Assembly: GCA_004022145.1 (NCBI GenBank)
Contig: RCNU01000004.1
From: Paecilomyces variotii
Taxonomy: Eukaryota
Strand: one strand, 5' to 3'
DNA length: 64,000 nucleotides
Below, one piece after another: positions 1 through 11,899 of this stretch (position 1 is its first letter; each line of letters opens with the position of its first letter). The position numbers and the translations under genes were made by a program. The notes under the pieces were generated by a model. It was not told where the DNA came from. It worked only from the letters and a program-made list of their open reading frames with translations, and did no database searches.

Positions 1-2609
1 CGTTCTCGCCAGGACTGGGTGGACTGGGTGGATTGGGTGGACCCGCGTCGGTCGAAGGCAGGCGAAGATAGACCGCTGGAAATATTGCTATGAGAGCTAT
101 CAGATCTGGATAAATTATTCCGTCTCGCTATGGCTTCCGGTACAGTCGGTTCTGGCGCAGGTAATTCCTTGTCTCCAGTGGCTGATCGTCGCAAAGACCC
201 GCCGCTTGCTTTCATCGCTTCTTTCTGCTTGATGATACTTTCCTTCAGTGGATCGACCCTGGGCGCCTTCTTGAAGCCCCCCGTATTGTTTAGACCTGCT
301 TTACCCCTCAGGATATTATCCTTGAGCTCGTCCGGAGGGACATAATTCTTGGTCTCCGCCTTTCGTAACTTCCCGAAAACATTTTTGAATTCTGGCTCCT
401 CCTGAGCCGGCTTGTCAGAAGGGAGCTCTCGTCGCCGTAAATTGGCTCTGAAATCCATCGCCGGTGATTGTTGCTTGGGCTTAGGTGAGAGGGCCTCCAG
501 ACCTGAAGGACCTGACAAAGAACCTGACAAAGAACCTGGCTTCGACGAAAGCGCAGGTGGAGAGGGCCTGGGCGGCGGAGTGGCATCCTTTGGGGGTTTC
601 GAGGCTTCTTCTCCCTGGGTGTCTTTGTCTTCCGGCTTTTGCGGGGATTCCTTTGGAGGTTCCTCCTGGCTTCCGGGGGACGGTACGTCAGTGTCCTTAT
701 CCGCCGCTGGCTTGGCTTCTAGTTCCTTAGTCTTATTTCCTTCGGGGTTATTGAGGGTCTCTGAGATTCCGCTAATGCTTGGTTTTTTGTAGTGGCTCCC
801 TGGAGCAGGGGAGCGCTGAAGACCGGTCGGCGTCACATCTTTGAGACTGCTGCTAGGTCTTCCGAGGTCCACACTACCCCTCGACCGCCGGTTCTGGTTG
901 AGTTCTTTTAACCAAGCCGGGGGTTGCGCCGTCGTAGAAGCCCTCGGCTGCTTGGGAGTCTCTGGTCGATTAAGTGCACTTTCTAGCCACGATGCCTTAG
1001 TGGGACTCCAGCGCTTAGGGTCTATGGACTTTGTAGGCGAAGGGCTCCTGGGAGACAGAGAAGGAAGGCTCTCCACCTTGGAGGACGATCTGGAATGCGA
1101 CGGGAAGAATGGCTTAACGAAGCCTTCGTTGGCGGTTGACTCGCCTTTACTGCCTTCCGACGTTCCGGGTCGATCGGTGCCCTTCATCTGGTGGACAACT
1201 GTTGCCTCACTATGGCTCGAGCCCGGACGCGATGTTGAGAGCGGAGAGCTCTCACGAACGAATTTGGGCTCCGTAGTGGACAAATTGGAGTCGCCCAAAG
1301 AGGCAGATCCAAAGCCGCTCCGGGTGCTCATGGTGGAGTTCCCCCTGTTCAGTCCCGGAGAGGCTTGGGCGCTCCATCGCTTCGTAACACTGTCCGAGCG
1401 TCTCATCATGGCGCTTTGAACGAACCCACCCAACCCCTTAGTCGGCGATACGGGCCGCTCAGGGGAACCACGTCGCTGGGACGGCGACAAGGGAAGAACT
1501 GGACTTTCTGGGGGTGATGATTCCGCCTGTCGCGCTTCCAGCTTCGGAGGGTTCGATAAAGCGAAGGGTGAACCCAGTCCTCCTGCGGTGGACACTGAGG
1601 AAACGCTGGAATAGCGATTGCCCACGCTGTTGGTTCCAAAGGTCGAGCTTGCTCTCGATGGCGACCGCGATCTATCCTCTCCCATGTCCTTCTCTGGCTC
1701 CGTAGTAGTAGACTCCTCCTGGCCCAATCCCGGTAGTCTTGTATTGCCGCTGATCGAGGCTGTATCTGACGTCGCGTCTTCGGGGCTTTTTCGTAGGGCT
1801 GGCGATCCCATCTCACCGTCCGCCGTCTGACGAAACCAGGAGGGGTCCTTTGACACCGGTGAGGACGCAGCCTGGCTCTTTGACATCTCCGGCTCCTCTC
1901 CTCCAATGGCGGCGCCGAGCTTCAAGCTGCTTTCACGAGTGGGCGAAGACAACCCTGATCTTAGATTTAGATCTCTCGATCCAGGACGTTGCTGCCAGGA
2001 GAGTGTCCCCCTTCTTGTTCTTCCGGACATGGTTCTCTCAGAATTTGGTGCTGGTGACGCTGCTGCCGACTGATCTCTCGATCTTGGCGTGGTCACTTTA
2101 TCCTCTGTCGCGTCGAGGGTGTCCTCGTCGCGTTTGGGGGTTGGACTGGAGGTCGCGTCTGGTTCTGGTGTCTGGGATGATGGCCGCAGGCTCTCTGGCG
2201 GATTGATGGCAGACGAGCCCACTGAGAGGCTCAATCTCGATATGTCCTGCAGTAATGGGGAATCTTTCGTGGGGGAAATGGATCGCGCTCGTTCTGTATG
2301 GTGTCGAAGCACATTAGAAGGTTAGCTCAGTGTTGATGTTCTCGTTCCTGTTACTGGTCCTGGTCCCTCTGGGTGACAGCCGGAGAAGAGGGGCTGTTGA
2401 CCAGAGTCATCTTATTATAATAACACACGGGAGGACGCCAGCTTACCAGCTCTTCTCGCCTGTCTCTCCTTCCGACCCTGCAGGATCTCCTCCTCCAACT
2501 TCTTAGTCCGCTCTTCATCCTCCTTGTCACGCTTATCTCCCAACTCGCGGATGCGGAGCAGGAAGTCATTGACATCCTCCGCAGCGTCATGCTCCGCGGT
2601 GGGTGCCAT
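1..2609 (-). CDS. DUF4045-domain protein, 5' part only (runs off the window start); family members often carry C-terminal gelsolin-like repeats
   Basis: ATG at 2609 gives MAPTAEHDAAEDVNDFLLRIRELGDKRDKEDEERTKKLEEEILQGRKERQARRA. Intron 2446-2294 (GTAAGC...CAG) rejoins to ERARSISPTK. The downstream Ser/Pro-rich frame contains GLGGFVQSAMMRRSDSVTKRWSA and KRWSPTKASWLESAL, which I recognise as typical of this fungal family. Confidence 0.75.
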
Positions 2610-2932
2610 GGTTGATAGGAACCTGTACACACGAAACACAGGGCCTGGAGAGGCGGGGGTGTTACAGGACAGACGACAACGACAACGACGACTTAACAAC
2701 AACAACAACTCTCGTCGCGCTCTCTTCCCCTGGGACCTCTGGATCTTAAACACTGGAGGGGAACACTGGAGACGAGGAGCCTAAATTCCCCTTCATGGTG
2801 GACCCTTTGGCAGGGCGGAACATTTGGATTTTGAGAACGACCTCTCGCCCCACCGCGTGCCCATTCTGGTTCTGCTGGCAGCCCGACTGATTTACTCTAG
2901 ACTAACTAACTAACTTACTTACACCGCCCTTG

Positions 2933-2963
2933 GAGAGAGACAGAGAGAGACAGAGAGAGAGAG
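2933..2963. repeat. (GA)n-type microsatellite
   Basis: gagagagacagagagagacagagagagagag read directly from the sequence. Confidence 0.8.
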
Positions 2964-3781
2964 TGGATTATTATTGCAAATTGGCACATCATTCCTGCCG
3001 GTGCCATTCGTCCACGAGACCTCTCTTTCTCTGCGTTGGGCTGGAAGAGAAATAATAATAGCTGAAAATTACTCTATCTACAACATCCGGCTGGGCCACT
3101 GTTTTCCTCTTACTCGATTCATCGTGTTTATTTTGGCTGGCTCAAGTGGAGCTCAGCTGAAGGCGTTCCGCACTTGCGATCTCTCGTCTCGCCGCCGCCC
3201 GGGAGGTTTTCCACTGCGACAAACCAACCGCAGTCCATCACCGTCGTCCTAGAGTAGATCGCTTGTTCCGTAGATAGGCTTCCTTTTTCTGCGAGAGCCA
3301 CACCAAGCGGAAGGGTAATCACGTATTCTGACAGGTGCGGAAAGATCGTCTTGAGAGGATCCGGGCCCCGTTTGGTACTGTACTTAAATGAGACTCAATG
3401 GTTGATGGATGCTTCTGCCGTGAAATCCCTATGCGGAGAACGTGGATTGCATTATTGGTTCCCTCGACGGGCATAAACGGTCACGGGGGTGGACGGACAT
3501 GTAGCAATATCCTACGTAGACTGCATTCCCTCAACTCAGAGATCATAAATGCGGGATATGAGAAACTCTACTTGAAGCGTCAAAAGTAAATCATCAGCCG
3601 ATGGCAGAGAAACCATATCGTTGATACATCACTCAGCAGGACGTTTCTGCTCCTCTGTGCCTGGCAGATACCTGATGAAACTGCAGGACATCGAGTCGAC
3701 AATACATTAGCTGCCTTCGCAGTAGATGAGCCTAATAGAAATCAATAGATCGATGCACGCCAAAGACTAACTATCCCGACT

Positions 3782-4628
3782 TCAATAGAGGAACAATCGG
3801 TCTTTTGCATCCTGTACCACCCATTCCAGGCCCTCGTTCAGATTCACCCCGGTCATCGCGCTGCACGGCAGGATCGTCCATTTGTGGGTCTTGATCGCAT
3901 CTAATTGAAGTCCCTGTAGACCAGCATGAGTTTCATGGCTCTCGAGTATGGTCCAGAATGGGCTGCAAGACTACCAGCTGGAAACATACCTCACGAATAT
4001 CCTCCTCAGTCATACAGCCCGCAACATCTGTCTTGTTCAAGAAAACCAGGAGACTGGCTCCCATCAGACGCTAGGGACTGGGTCAGCCGCAGTCACACAC
4101 CCAAAATAGAAATTCCTTGGCGATGCAAGTGCCTACCTCTTCGAGAAGCAGGCCAGCCAGTTCGTCGCGACAATCGTCGATACGGAGGCGATCTGTCGCG
4201 TCTACGACCCAGATCAAGGCGTCAGTCTTTTCGAAATAATTCCTCCAGTACGATCGGAGGGTCTTTTGGCCTCCAACATCCCCTGTGGCGATGAGGTTAA
4301 TGTTTCTGTGGGCGGATCAGAGACCGAGCTGGCCTTACATATATTGAGTTTATATCTGTTGAAATTCAGTGATCTAATTGAAAATGATGACAATGGCATT
4401 GTACTCACCCTTGAAAATCAATGGTCTTGATGATAAACCCCAGGGTTGGGCTCACAGTCGTCACATCCTCATTCATGATCTTTTTCACAATGGTCGTTTT
4501 ACCCGCATTATCCAAACCACTAACATGCAAATCAGCAGATTGTCCCATCGGAGGACTCACTAGACAAACAGCATCAATATTCTCATCTCCTTGTCCTTTA
4601 GTCGCGCCTTCCGAAGTATAGATAACAT
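3782..4628 (-). CDS. ARL2: ADP-ribosylation factor-like GTPase 2 (Arl2/Alp41/Cin4), multi-exon
   Basis: Spliced translation [55 protein letters not shown]...YKLNIW...[20 protein letters not shown]...[16 protein letters not shown]. First intron 4569-4520. Missed by the ORF track because the exons are short. Confidence 0.93.
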
Positions 4629-5097
4629 CTTGACTTCTGTTATCGTGTGGGCGGGTGTCTCATGCAAAGGTGTATGTGCCGAAAGATGGTGTTACTCATG
4701 AGGACGGCGTCCTCCGTCTTCTTTCAGGCCACAACATTGCATGAGCCACCACAACACTCCACAGCAACCAACCCCTCCTGAAAATTCAAACAATGAGAGC
4801 TTTTCATAAAGGTCCCCTTGTCATGGGATAATGTTTTTTTCTGTCTCTGCTTCATCATCATCTCTCATCCTCGAAACCTGCATGGTTGCTAATCTCGTCT
4901 TTCTGTATCCCCTGTCTGCAGCAACACAAGAACGCGTTAAAGATCAAGATCCTCGTGTCTCTTTTTGTCTCAAGACTCTGCTCAGCGTATCTTTACTCTT
5001 ATGTCTGAGTTGGCCTCATTCTTCTGAAGCAAACCCAAGCTTCATTCGATCGCGTTGATATTGCCTTCTGTTGTCATTACCCGTTCGTGGTCTCACC

Positions 5098-7759
5098 ATG
5101 ACTAGCACTCGATCGGAAGACGGTGACGAGGATAATGCAACCATATGGGCCCGTGTAAAAGCTGCGAGAGTACGTCTTTCATCCGAGACGGACTTCTATC
5201 GCAATTACGGTTTACCTGTCGGGTCGCAACCCCAAGCAAATACCGAAGAGCATCAAGCTTCTTCGAGGGACAGTGAGGGCGAACCTCCCAAAGTCCCTAC
5301 TATCAGTGCTTCAGATGAAGCAAGTGAGAAGCAGCCGGAGACCTGCCCTGCAGAAAGTACAGCGAATGTTCCCGAAATCCCTACTATCAGTGCTTCAGAT
5401 GAATCAAGTGAAAAGAAGCCTGCAGAAAGCGAAGCGAGTGTCCCCGAACTCCCTACTATCAGTGCTTCAGATGAATCGAGTGAAAAGAAGCCAGAGACTT
5501 GCCCTGCAGAAAGTGAAGCGAGTGTCCCCGAAATCCCTACTATAACTACTTCAGATGAGATAAGTTACAAGCAGCCCGAGCCTTGCTTTCTGCACAGTGA
5601 AGCTGAACCCAATGATATCCCTACCATAACTGCTCCAGATGAGGAAAGTGAGAAGCAGCCAGAAACTTGCTCAGCAGGAAGTGAATGTTTGCCATCTCCA
5701 CCCGCAACAGTGACATTCCAAGATACGCTTTCTGTCGCTGGCCTCGATCAGATACAAAGCCAGCCGCACGAGGTTGGCTCTCCACAAGTCAGTGCTACAC
5801 AGGAATCCGTTGCTCTGCAATCTATTCCCTCCACGAAGATAGAAGGTAGTTTCATTGTCATCTTACCTTCAATCTAGCAATACTGATTCAATAGGAACAG
5901 ATTTAGAACCGCAACCAGCCTCCAGGATGCCTGATTCCGACGATTCTGATGTAGTTATGCTACGTCCTAGAAATCAGAACTCGAGCTCACAGAATCAGGA
6001 AAATATCCGTCCGACTGGGACAGAGCCCGGGAAGCACAAGAAAACACATTCGCAGAGGCTCAATGGGCGAAACGGGAAACGTAACGTTCTGAGCGATAAG
6101 ATCACAGATGGACCCAGTAACACTCCAGTAGAGCATATCTCCACTGCGGGAAACACTGGACCAGAGGATCTAACAAGCCAGCCTCGATCTTCTTACAAGG
6201 TCGCACCTCCTGAAGTGCAGGAGGAACTCAAGAAGCTTCAAGAAGAAGCCTTGGCCAAGGCCATTGAGCGGCGCTTTGAAGTAGTTCTGAACTCGAACCC
6301 CGAAACTCTCAATGTGGTCAGGGAAGGCCCTGGAACGGATCCTGAGAGCGAAGAGTTTCTTAAAATCGCAGCTTTCAGGACTATCAATGTTCCTGGAAAC
6401 AGACCAGAGTCGTCTAACGTCTTATCTAGGAGATTCCGCTTTCCCCAGGACGTCTCGGAGGGCGAACGGAAAAAGCTGCAATGGAGCTTCTACTCTCGAG
6501 ATACTCCTGCGTATCCTACATTCGACAAAGGTGGCAAGTTTATGATCTCCACACAGCCAACTGCTGAATCTGAAGAGAGGTCAGCTTTGCTTGCCTCCTA
6601 TGACGATGGATCATCAGTCGGTTTAAAGCAGCCTCCGCAGCCTCCCCGGGATTTTCCAGATGAGATCTGGGACGGTATACCAGCAGACTGGCTATTTCGC
6701 CCAAGTTACTCTGAGACGAATACGAACTTAGAAAGATACAGACAGTGGTTTTGGCGCTGGCTAGATTCCACAGTGGTACTCGCCTACCCTGTCGATATCT
6801 ATCATGAAGCTTTCTTCGATGGAACAGCCCACACGGATGGGGAGCGAGGGTTATTCATACCAGACATCGAGAGCCACGATACCAAGATAGACATGACGGA
6901 CGAGGAGACACGCCTTCACTATAATGAAACCGGCGCGGGGTACATCATCAACTACAGGCTGCATCTGCTAAAGGAAGCAGAGGAAAAAGGAGCGCGGGTA
7001 CGGAGAGAGCGCGGGGTGTATCTCGAAAGTTGTCTGAACCACGAGGAGCCAAATCCATATGTGCCAAAGGCAAACATATATCTACGCCCAGCTGAGAACA
7101 GGGATGTTCCCGGGCTCCTGGAGCTGTGCAACTGGTATATCCACAACACGGCTCTGTGCGCTGACCTTGAGACCCTTACCCGTGCTGAAATGATCCAGCG
7201 AATCGCCGACAGCAAACAGGAGAAACTGCCGTTCATTGTGGCCGTTGAACGAAACAACAGACATGCCCTTGATCACCTGGAACGAGTCTTGGGATACGCA
7301 CTCGCAACGGACTATATGGGGCAGACTACAGCAGGACGACATACGGTCGAACTAGAGGTCTTCGTCAGCCACGGAAGCAAACGACTCGGGGTCGCCCGCT
7401 GTCTTATGGATAAACTTCTTCAAGTGTGTGACCCGACTTACGTGCCCCATTTGGGGTACTTCTTCGATTCGGACTTAGATGACCGCCCTGGATACGAGTG
7501 CGGCGGACGCAGGATGCTTGCACGTCTGATATTCACATACTGCTTCTCAGAGGACGATAAATCAGAGTACGAACGGGTTAAAGAATGGCTAAAGGGAGAG
7601 TACAGTTTCTATGAGCAGGGTTTACTCAGGGGGGTCTGCGTGAAGTTCGGCAAGTTGTAAGTTGAATTTCCCAAAACTGACCTGTACCCGTTATTTAACA
7701 ACCGTGCTAGGCATAATGTCAGTTATCTTGTCCGCAACGTCGCGAATTTTACACCATGA
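5098..7759 (+). CDS. GNAT-family N-acetyltransferase domain protein with a long low-complexity, repeat-containing N-terminus
   Basis: ORFs 5071..5877 and 5855..7660 are joined in frame by intron 5846-5894. Second intron 7657-7710, stop at 7757-7759. C-terminal GNAT-like segment: IYLRPAENRDVPGLLELCNWYI...VELEVFVSHGSKRLGVARCLMDKLL. Confidence 0.8.
5287..5690 (+). repeat. Coding minisatellite, about 5 copies of a 72-84 bp unit
   Basis: Repeated ccctactatcagtgcttcagatga...cctgcagaaag, encoding P(E/K)(I/V/L)PTISASDExSEKxPETCPAES. Unit 2 (5371-5442) lacks 12 bp. Confidence 0.9.
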
Positions 7760-8755
7760 GAGCATACGATCCAGTGTCTGTCCAGTACGTTGCAACTGGT
7801 TATTCTTAAGTTGATGTACTATGATCCATAGTGGTCACAGTACTTGCTCTTTTGTCGACCCAAAAAAAAGAGATGAAAAATAACGATCTGATCCCCTATG
7901 AAAAGAAGCAATGACCCCTCCGGCTCATAGACTCGGGTCATCGAACAATAGCAGCAATAGAGCTTTCCAGACACATTCCGGTCTTGATCTACTAATATCC
8001 CAAAAGCACTAGTCTTCCACCTCTTGTGCCTTATTCGGTTTTCTTTCTCATGCTTTTCCTGTGTTTCCTCTACCAGCAAAGGTGATGTCTTTCGGGTCCA
8101 TTCTCCTATTTTCCCTTTGATGATTACAAATTGCAACTGGTCGTCCTCTCTCCTGAGATAGAACTCAATTATGTACAATAGAAAAGCCAAAATAAATTGC
8201 TTTACTCTGAGGATAATACAGGATTTCGATAATTCTCAAAAGCAACAGCATTTAATGTATGCGATCATTGTACAAGGAGAGTTAGAAAGCTGAAGGCTAA
8301 CCTAATCGGGCAACCGAGACGCTGCCGCCGCCTTTTTCTGCCGAATACAGCTTCCTCACCGCCGGCGCCTCAGATGGGCGGGCAACTTTTTTTCTGCTAG
8401 CTCGAGATTATCATTGCGGAGGACAATCATCCCCGAAGGATTCTTCGAATCCTCTTATTGAATCCTTATTTCCTCTTTTCCTCGAATTGATAAGTCGAGG
8501 GCTTTCAATCAAATTCGGCAGTTATATTACTGCGTTCCAATCACTTGCTGCAACGCTTGGCATTTCGGACTTTTTTTTTTCTCTCTTGCCCGATTCGATT
8601 TCACACCAACCGCTCGTTTGCTTGTCGAATTGATCGAGCCTGGAAAGAGAGAGAGAGATCATTTTCTCTACCAGGTATTACTCGTCACGATCATAAATAA
8701 TCTCCGGATATACAAGTACATATCCCCATAACGAAGGACAAGAGAGAAAAAAAAA

Positions 8756-11304
8756 ATGGCACCGATCTCTACAAAAAAGCGAAGTCGCGAAGACGACGAC
8801 TTCGTGCTCACACTCTCTGACGATGAGAACCCTGTTGATGTCGGTGAATCCGAAGAGGAGGTCGATGGAGATGAATTCAGCAACAAACCAGCCACGAAGA
8901 CATCCGGGACGAAACGGAAGCGTGAAGCCAACGATGCTGCTACGGGAAAGGCACAACAGAAGAAGCAGAAGAAGCAGAAGCGGAAGCAGGGCGGAAAAGG
9001 AGCCAATGATGGAGAGGACGAAGAAGTGGATGAGGAGGAGGAGGAGGAGGATAATGCGCTGGCGGGTGCGGAAGATGATGGTGCGTTGAATCCGGATTTC
9101 GAATTCGATGTCGCTGGCGCGAGTAATCGGGGGGTGGTTGAGGATTTTGATGGTTGGGTTATGGATGGGGTTAAGAAGAGTGGTGGTGATAAAAAGGGGG
9201 TTGATATCGATGCGATTATTGAGCGTAGGAGGGAGAGGAAGAAGGATGCGGAGGAGAGGAAGAAACGGAAAGAGCAGAAGAAAAAGGAGAATGGAGAATG
9301 GGATCCTGAGGCGAGTGGTAGCGAAGGAGAGTCCGCAAATGCTGGTGAAGACGAGGAGGATGAAGATGCTGAGTCTGTGAACTTTGAGGATGACGAACTC
9401 CTCGCAGAAGACGGATTTGGTATGGGTGCTGGCGATGCGAAAGAAAGTGACGATGAAGATGAAGAGGATAAGGGAAGTGGCTCGGATTCTGAAGATGGCA
9501 AGGAAGACGGAGATGATGATGATGATGATGAAGATGCTGCTTCGGACAATGACTCGATCGCCTCTCCAGTTGCGCATCCCGACGACGAGGCTTCAGACTC
9601 GGACGACGAAAGCGTGGATGAGGAAGAAGCCGAGAAACGCAAGGCTTTCTTCGCTCCTGAAGAGAAGTCAACCGACAAGTCGGATGATAATGCCAAGGGG
9701 TCGTTCCAGGACTACAACCTCTCTCGTCCCATCCTTCGCGGTCTGGCTGCGGTTGGCTTCTCTACTCCGACTCCCATCCAGCGCAAGACCATCCCGGTGG
9801 CCCTGTTGGGCAAGGATATCGTTGGAGGAGCTGTGACAGGTTCCGGAAAGACTGGCGCATTCATTATTCCTATTCTCGAGCGTCTGCTGTATCGGCCGCG
9901 CAAGATCCCGACCAGCCGTGTTGCGATTCTGATGCCCACTCGTGAACTGGCTGTCCAGTGTTACAACGTTGCCACGAAACTGGCCACCTTTACAGACATC
10001 ACCTTCTGTCAGCTGGTCGGTGGATTCAGTCTGCGGGAGCAGGAGAACGTGCTGAAGAAGCGTCCGGATGTGATCATTGCTACGCCTGGTCGATTCATCG
10101 ATCACATGCGGAACTCTGCCAGCTTCACAGTCGACACGCTGGAGATTCTGGTCTTGGATGAAGCTGACCGGATGCTGGAAGATGGATTCGCTCACGAACT
10201 CAACGAGATTCTGACTACGATCCCCAAGTCGCGACAGACCATGCTCTTCTCTGCCACCATGACGGACACCGTCGACAAGCTTATCCGAGTTGGACTGAAC
10301 CGACCCGTCCGGCTGATGGTTGACTCCAAGAAGTCTACTGTCACGACGCTGGTGCAGGAGTTTGTGCGGTTGAGGCCCGGTCGAGAGGGCATGCGATTGG
10401 GCTATCTGATGTATCTGTGCGAGGAGATCTACACGGGCCGAGTGATCATCTTCTTTCGACAGAAGCGAGAAGCGCATCGGGTACGGATTGTATTCGGTCT
10501 GCTTGGGCTCAAAGCTGCCGAATTGCACGGTAGCATGACCCAGGAACAGGTAAGACTCGGGATTTCTACGGATTTCGGATCTACAGCTAACTAAACGTGA
10601 TTATCTAGCGTATCAAAAGTGTCGAAGACTTCCGTGAGGGGCGGGTAGCCTTCCTGCTAGCGACCGATGTGGCCTCTCGTGGTCTGGATATCAAGGGCGT
10701 CGAAACGGTCATCAACTACGAGGCTCCCCAGTCGCACGAGATCTACCTGCACCGTGTTGGTCGTACAGCTCGTGCTGGCCGATCTGGTCGCGCCTGTACC
10801 ATTGCCGCGGAGCCCGATCGTAAGGTGGTCAAGCAAGCCGTGAAAGCGAGCAAGGCTCAAGGAGCCAAGGTGGTCAGTCGCGTGGTCGAGCCAGCTGTCG
10901 CGGACTCGTGGGCGAAGAAGGTTGAGGCCCTGGCAGAGGAGGTCGATGAGATCCTGAAGGAGGAGAAACAAGAAAAGCAGCTATCGCAGGCCGAGATGCA
11001 AGTGAATAAGGGAGAGAACATGCTCAAGCACGAGCGCGAGATCATGTCCCGGCCCAAGCGGACGTGGTTCGAGACGGAGCGGGACAAGCAGATGGCCAAG
11101 AAGGCGGCGCTTCTGGAGCTCAACGGCGAGGCAGGTTCGAAAAAGAAGAAGGTCAAGCTGAGCAACAAGGACAAGAAGAAGCTGGATGCTTCGCGGGACC
11201 GTCACGAGGGACGAGTGTGGAAGAAGGGACGCGCAGAGCGAGAGGCTCCTCAGAAGCGGCCGAAGAAGGCCGGCGCAAAGAAAGGGAAGAAGGGCAAGAA
11301 ATGA
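8756..11304 (+). CDS. DRS1: DEAD-box ATP-dependent RNA helicase Drs1 (60S biogenesis)
   Basis: Acidic N-terminus; motifs [35 protein letters not shown] and HRVGRTAR; Drs1-type C-terminus [10 protein letters not shown]. Intron 10550-10608. Confidence 0.93.
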
Positions 11305-11330
11305 GTGGGATCTGGGTTCATGAGGGAGTC

Positions 11331-11866
11331 TGAGTCATTCTGGGCGATGATAGATAGTTAGATATCGCCATCTGTTTCCTTTATCTGTCTCTGTTATCTG
11401 TTCATATGACAAAAATCAATAATGCCCTGTTTATAGAAGAAGAATATCAGATTCCCGCGCGGCATCTTGCATCTTGCAGCCGACGCCAACCGAGAGATCC
11501 CTTGATGGTTGCCGTGCTAGTGTCCTGGTGCTTCCTGTGAACCTCATATAGTGATTATAGTATAATAAATGACCAACTCCGATGCTGGCCGCAGGGAGCA
11601 CACGGGCCAATCCGGCATCGAGCTTAACAACCCCGCCTCCGCTGTCGGAGTTGAAAAAAAAGGATTCACCAAGAAGCGTCATCGCTGTTGGTTGCTTTTA
11701 AATCGTCTTCATCCATACCGACTGCTGCCTTTCTTTTCCGTCAGTCTGACTATCGTCCATCTTATATTTTTTTTATTTATACTTCCCATCTGGAGGTTCC
11801 CCGTCAATTGGGACTGGTTCATCTCGCCCCCTCCAGCGATCGATCCCATCCCGCTTTCTTGACTCA
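11331..11866. promoter_or_regulatory. Candidate CpcA/Gcn4 sites (TGAGTCA 11331-11337, TGACTCA 11860-11866) and Leu3/LeuB-type site CCG-N4-CGG (11639-11648) upstream of LEU4
   Basis: Exact consensus matches lying upstream of a leucine biosynthesis gene. Function is inferred. Confidence 0.55.
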
Positions 11867-11899
11867 TCCCCCGCTGCCGACTCCGCACCCGCCGTCAAG

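Noticed and set aside
130..2325. Series of plus-strand ORFs at the window start
   Set aside because: They are antisense to the continuous minus-strand DUF4045 reading frame.
5287..5690. Regularly spaced repeats resembling a CRISPR array
   Set aside because: The context is eukaryotic, the intervening sequences are themselves homologous, and the whole array is in frame within a coding exon.
8668..9696. Long antisense ORFs (342 aa and 299 aa) over DRS1, and similar shadow ORFs over LEU4, SDA1, LHS1 and the 1749-aa gene
   Set aside because: They are low-complexity mirror translations of acidic or GC-rich coding sequence with no independent motifs.
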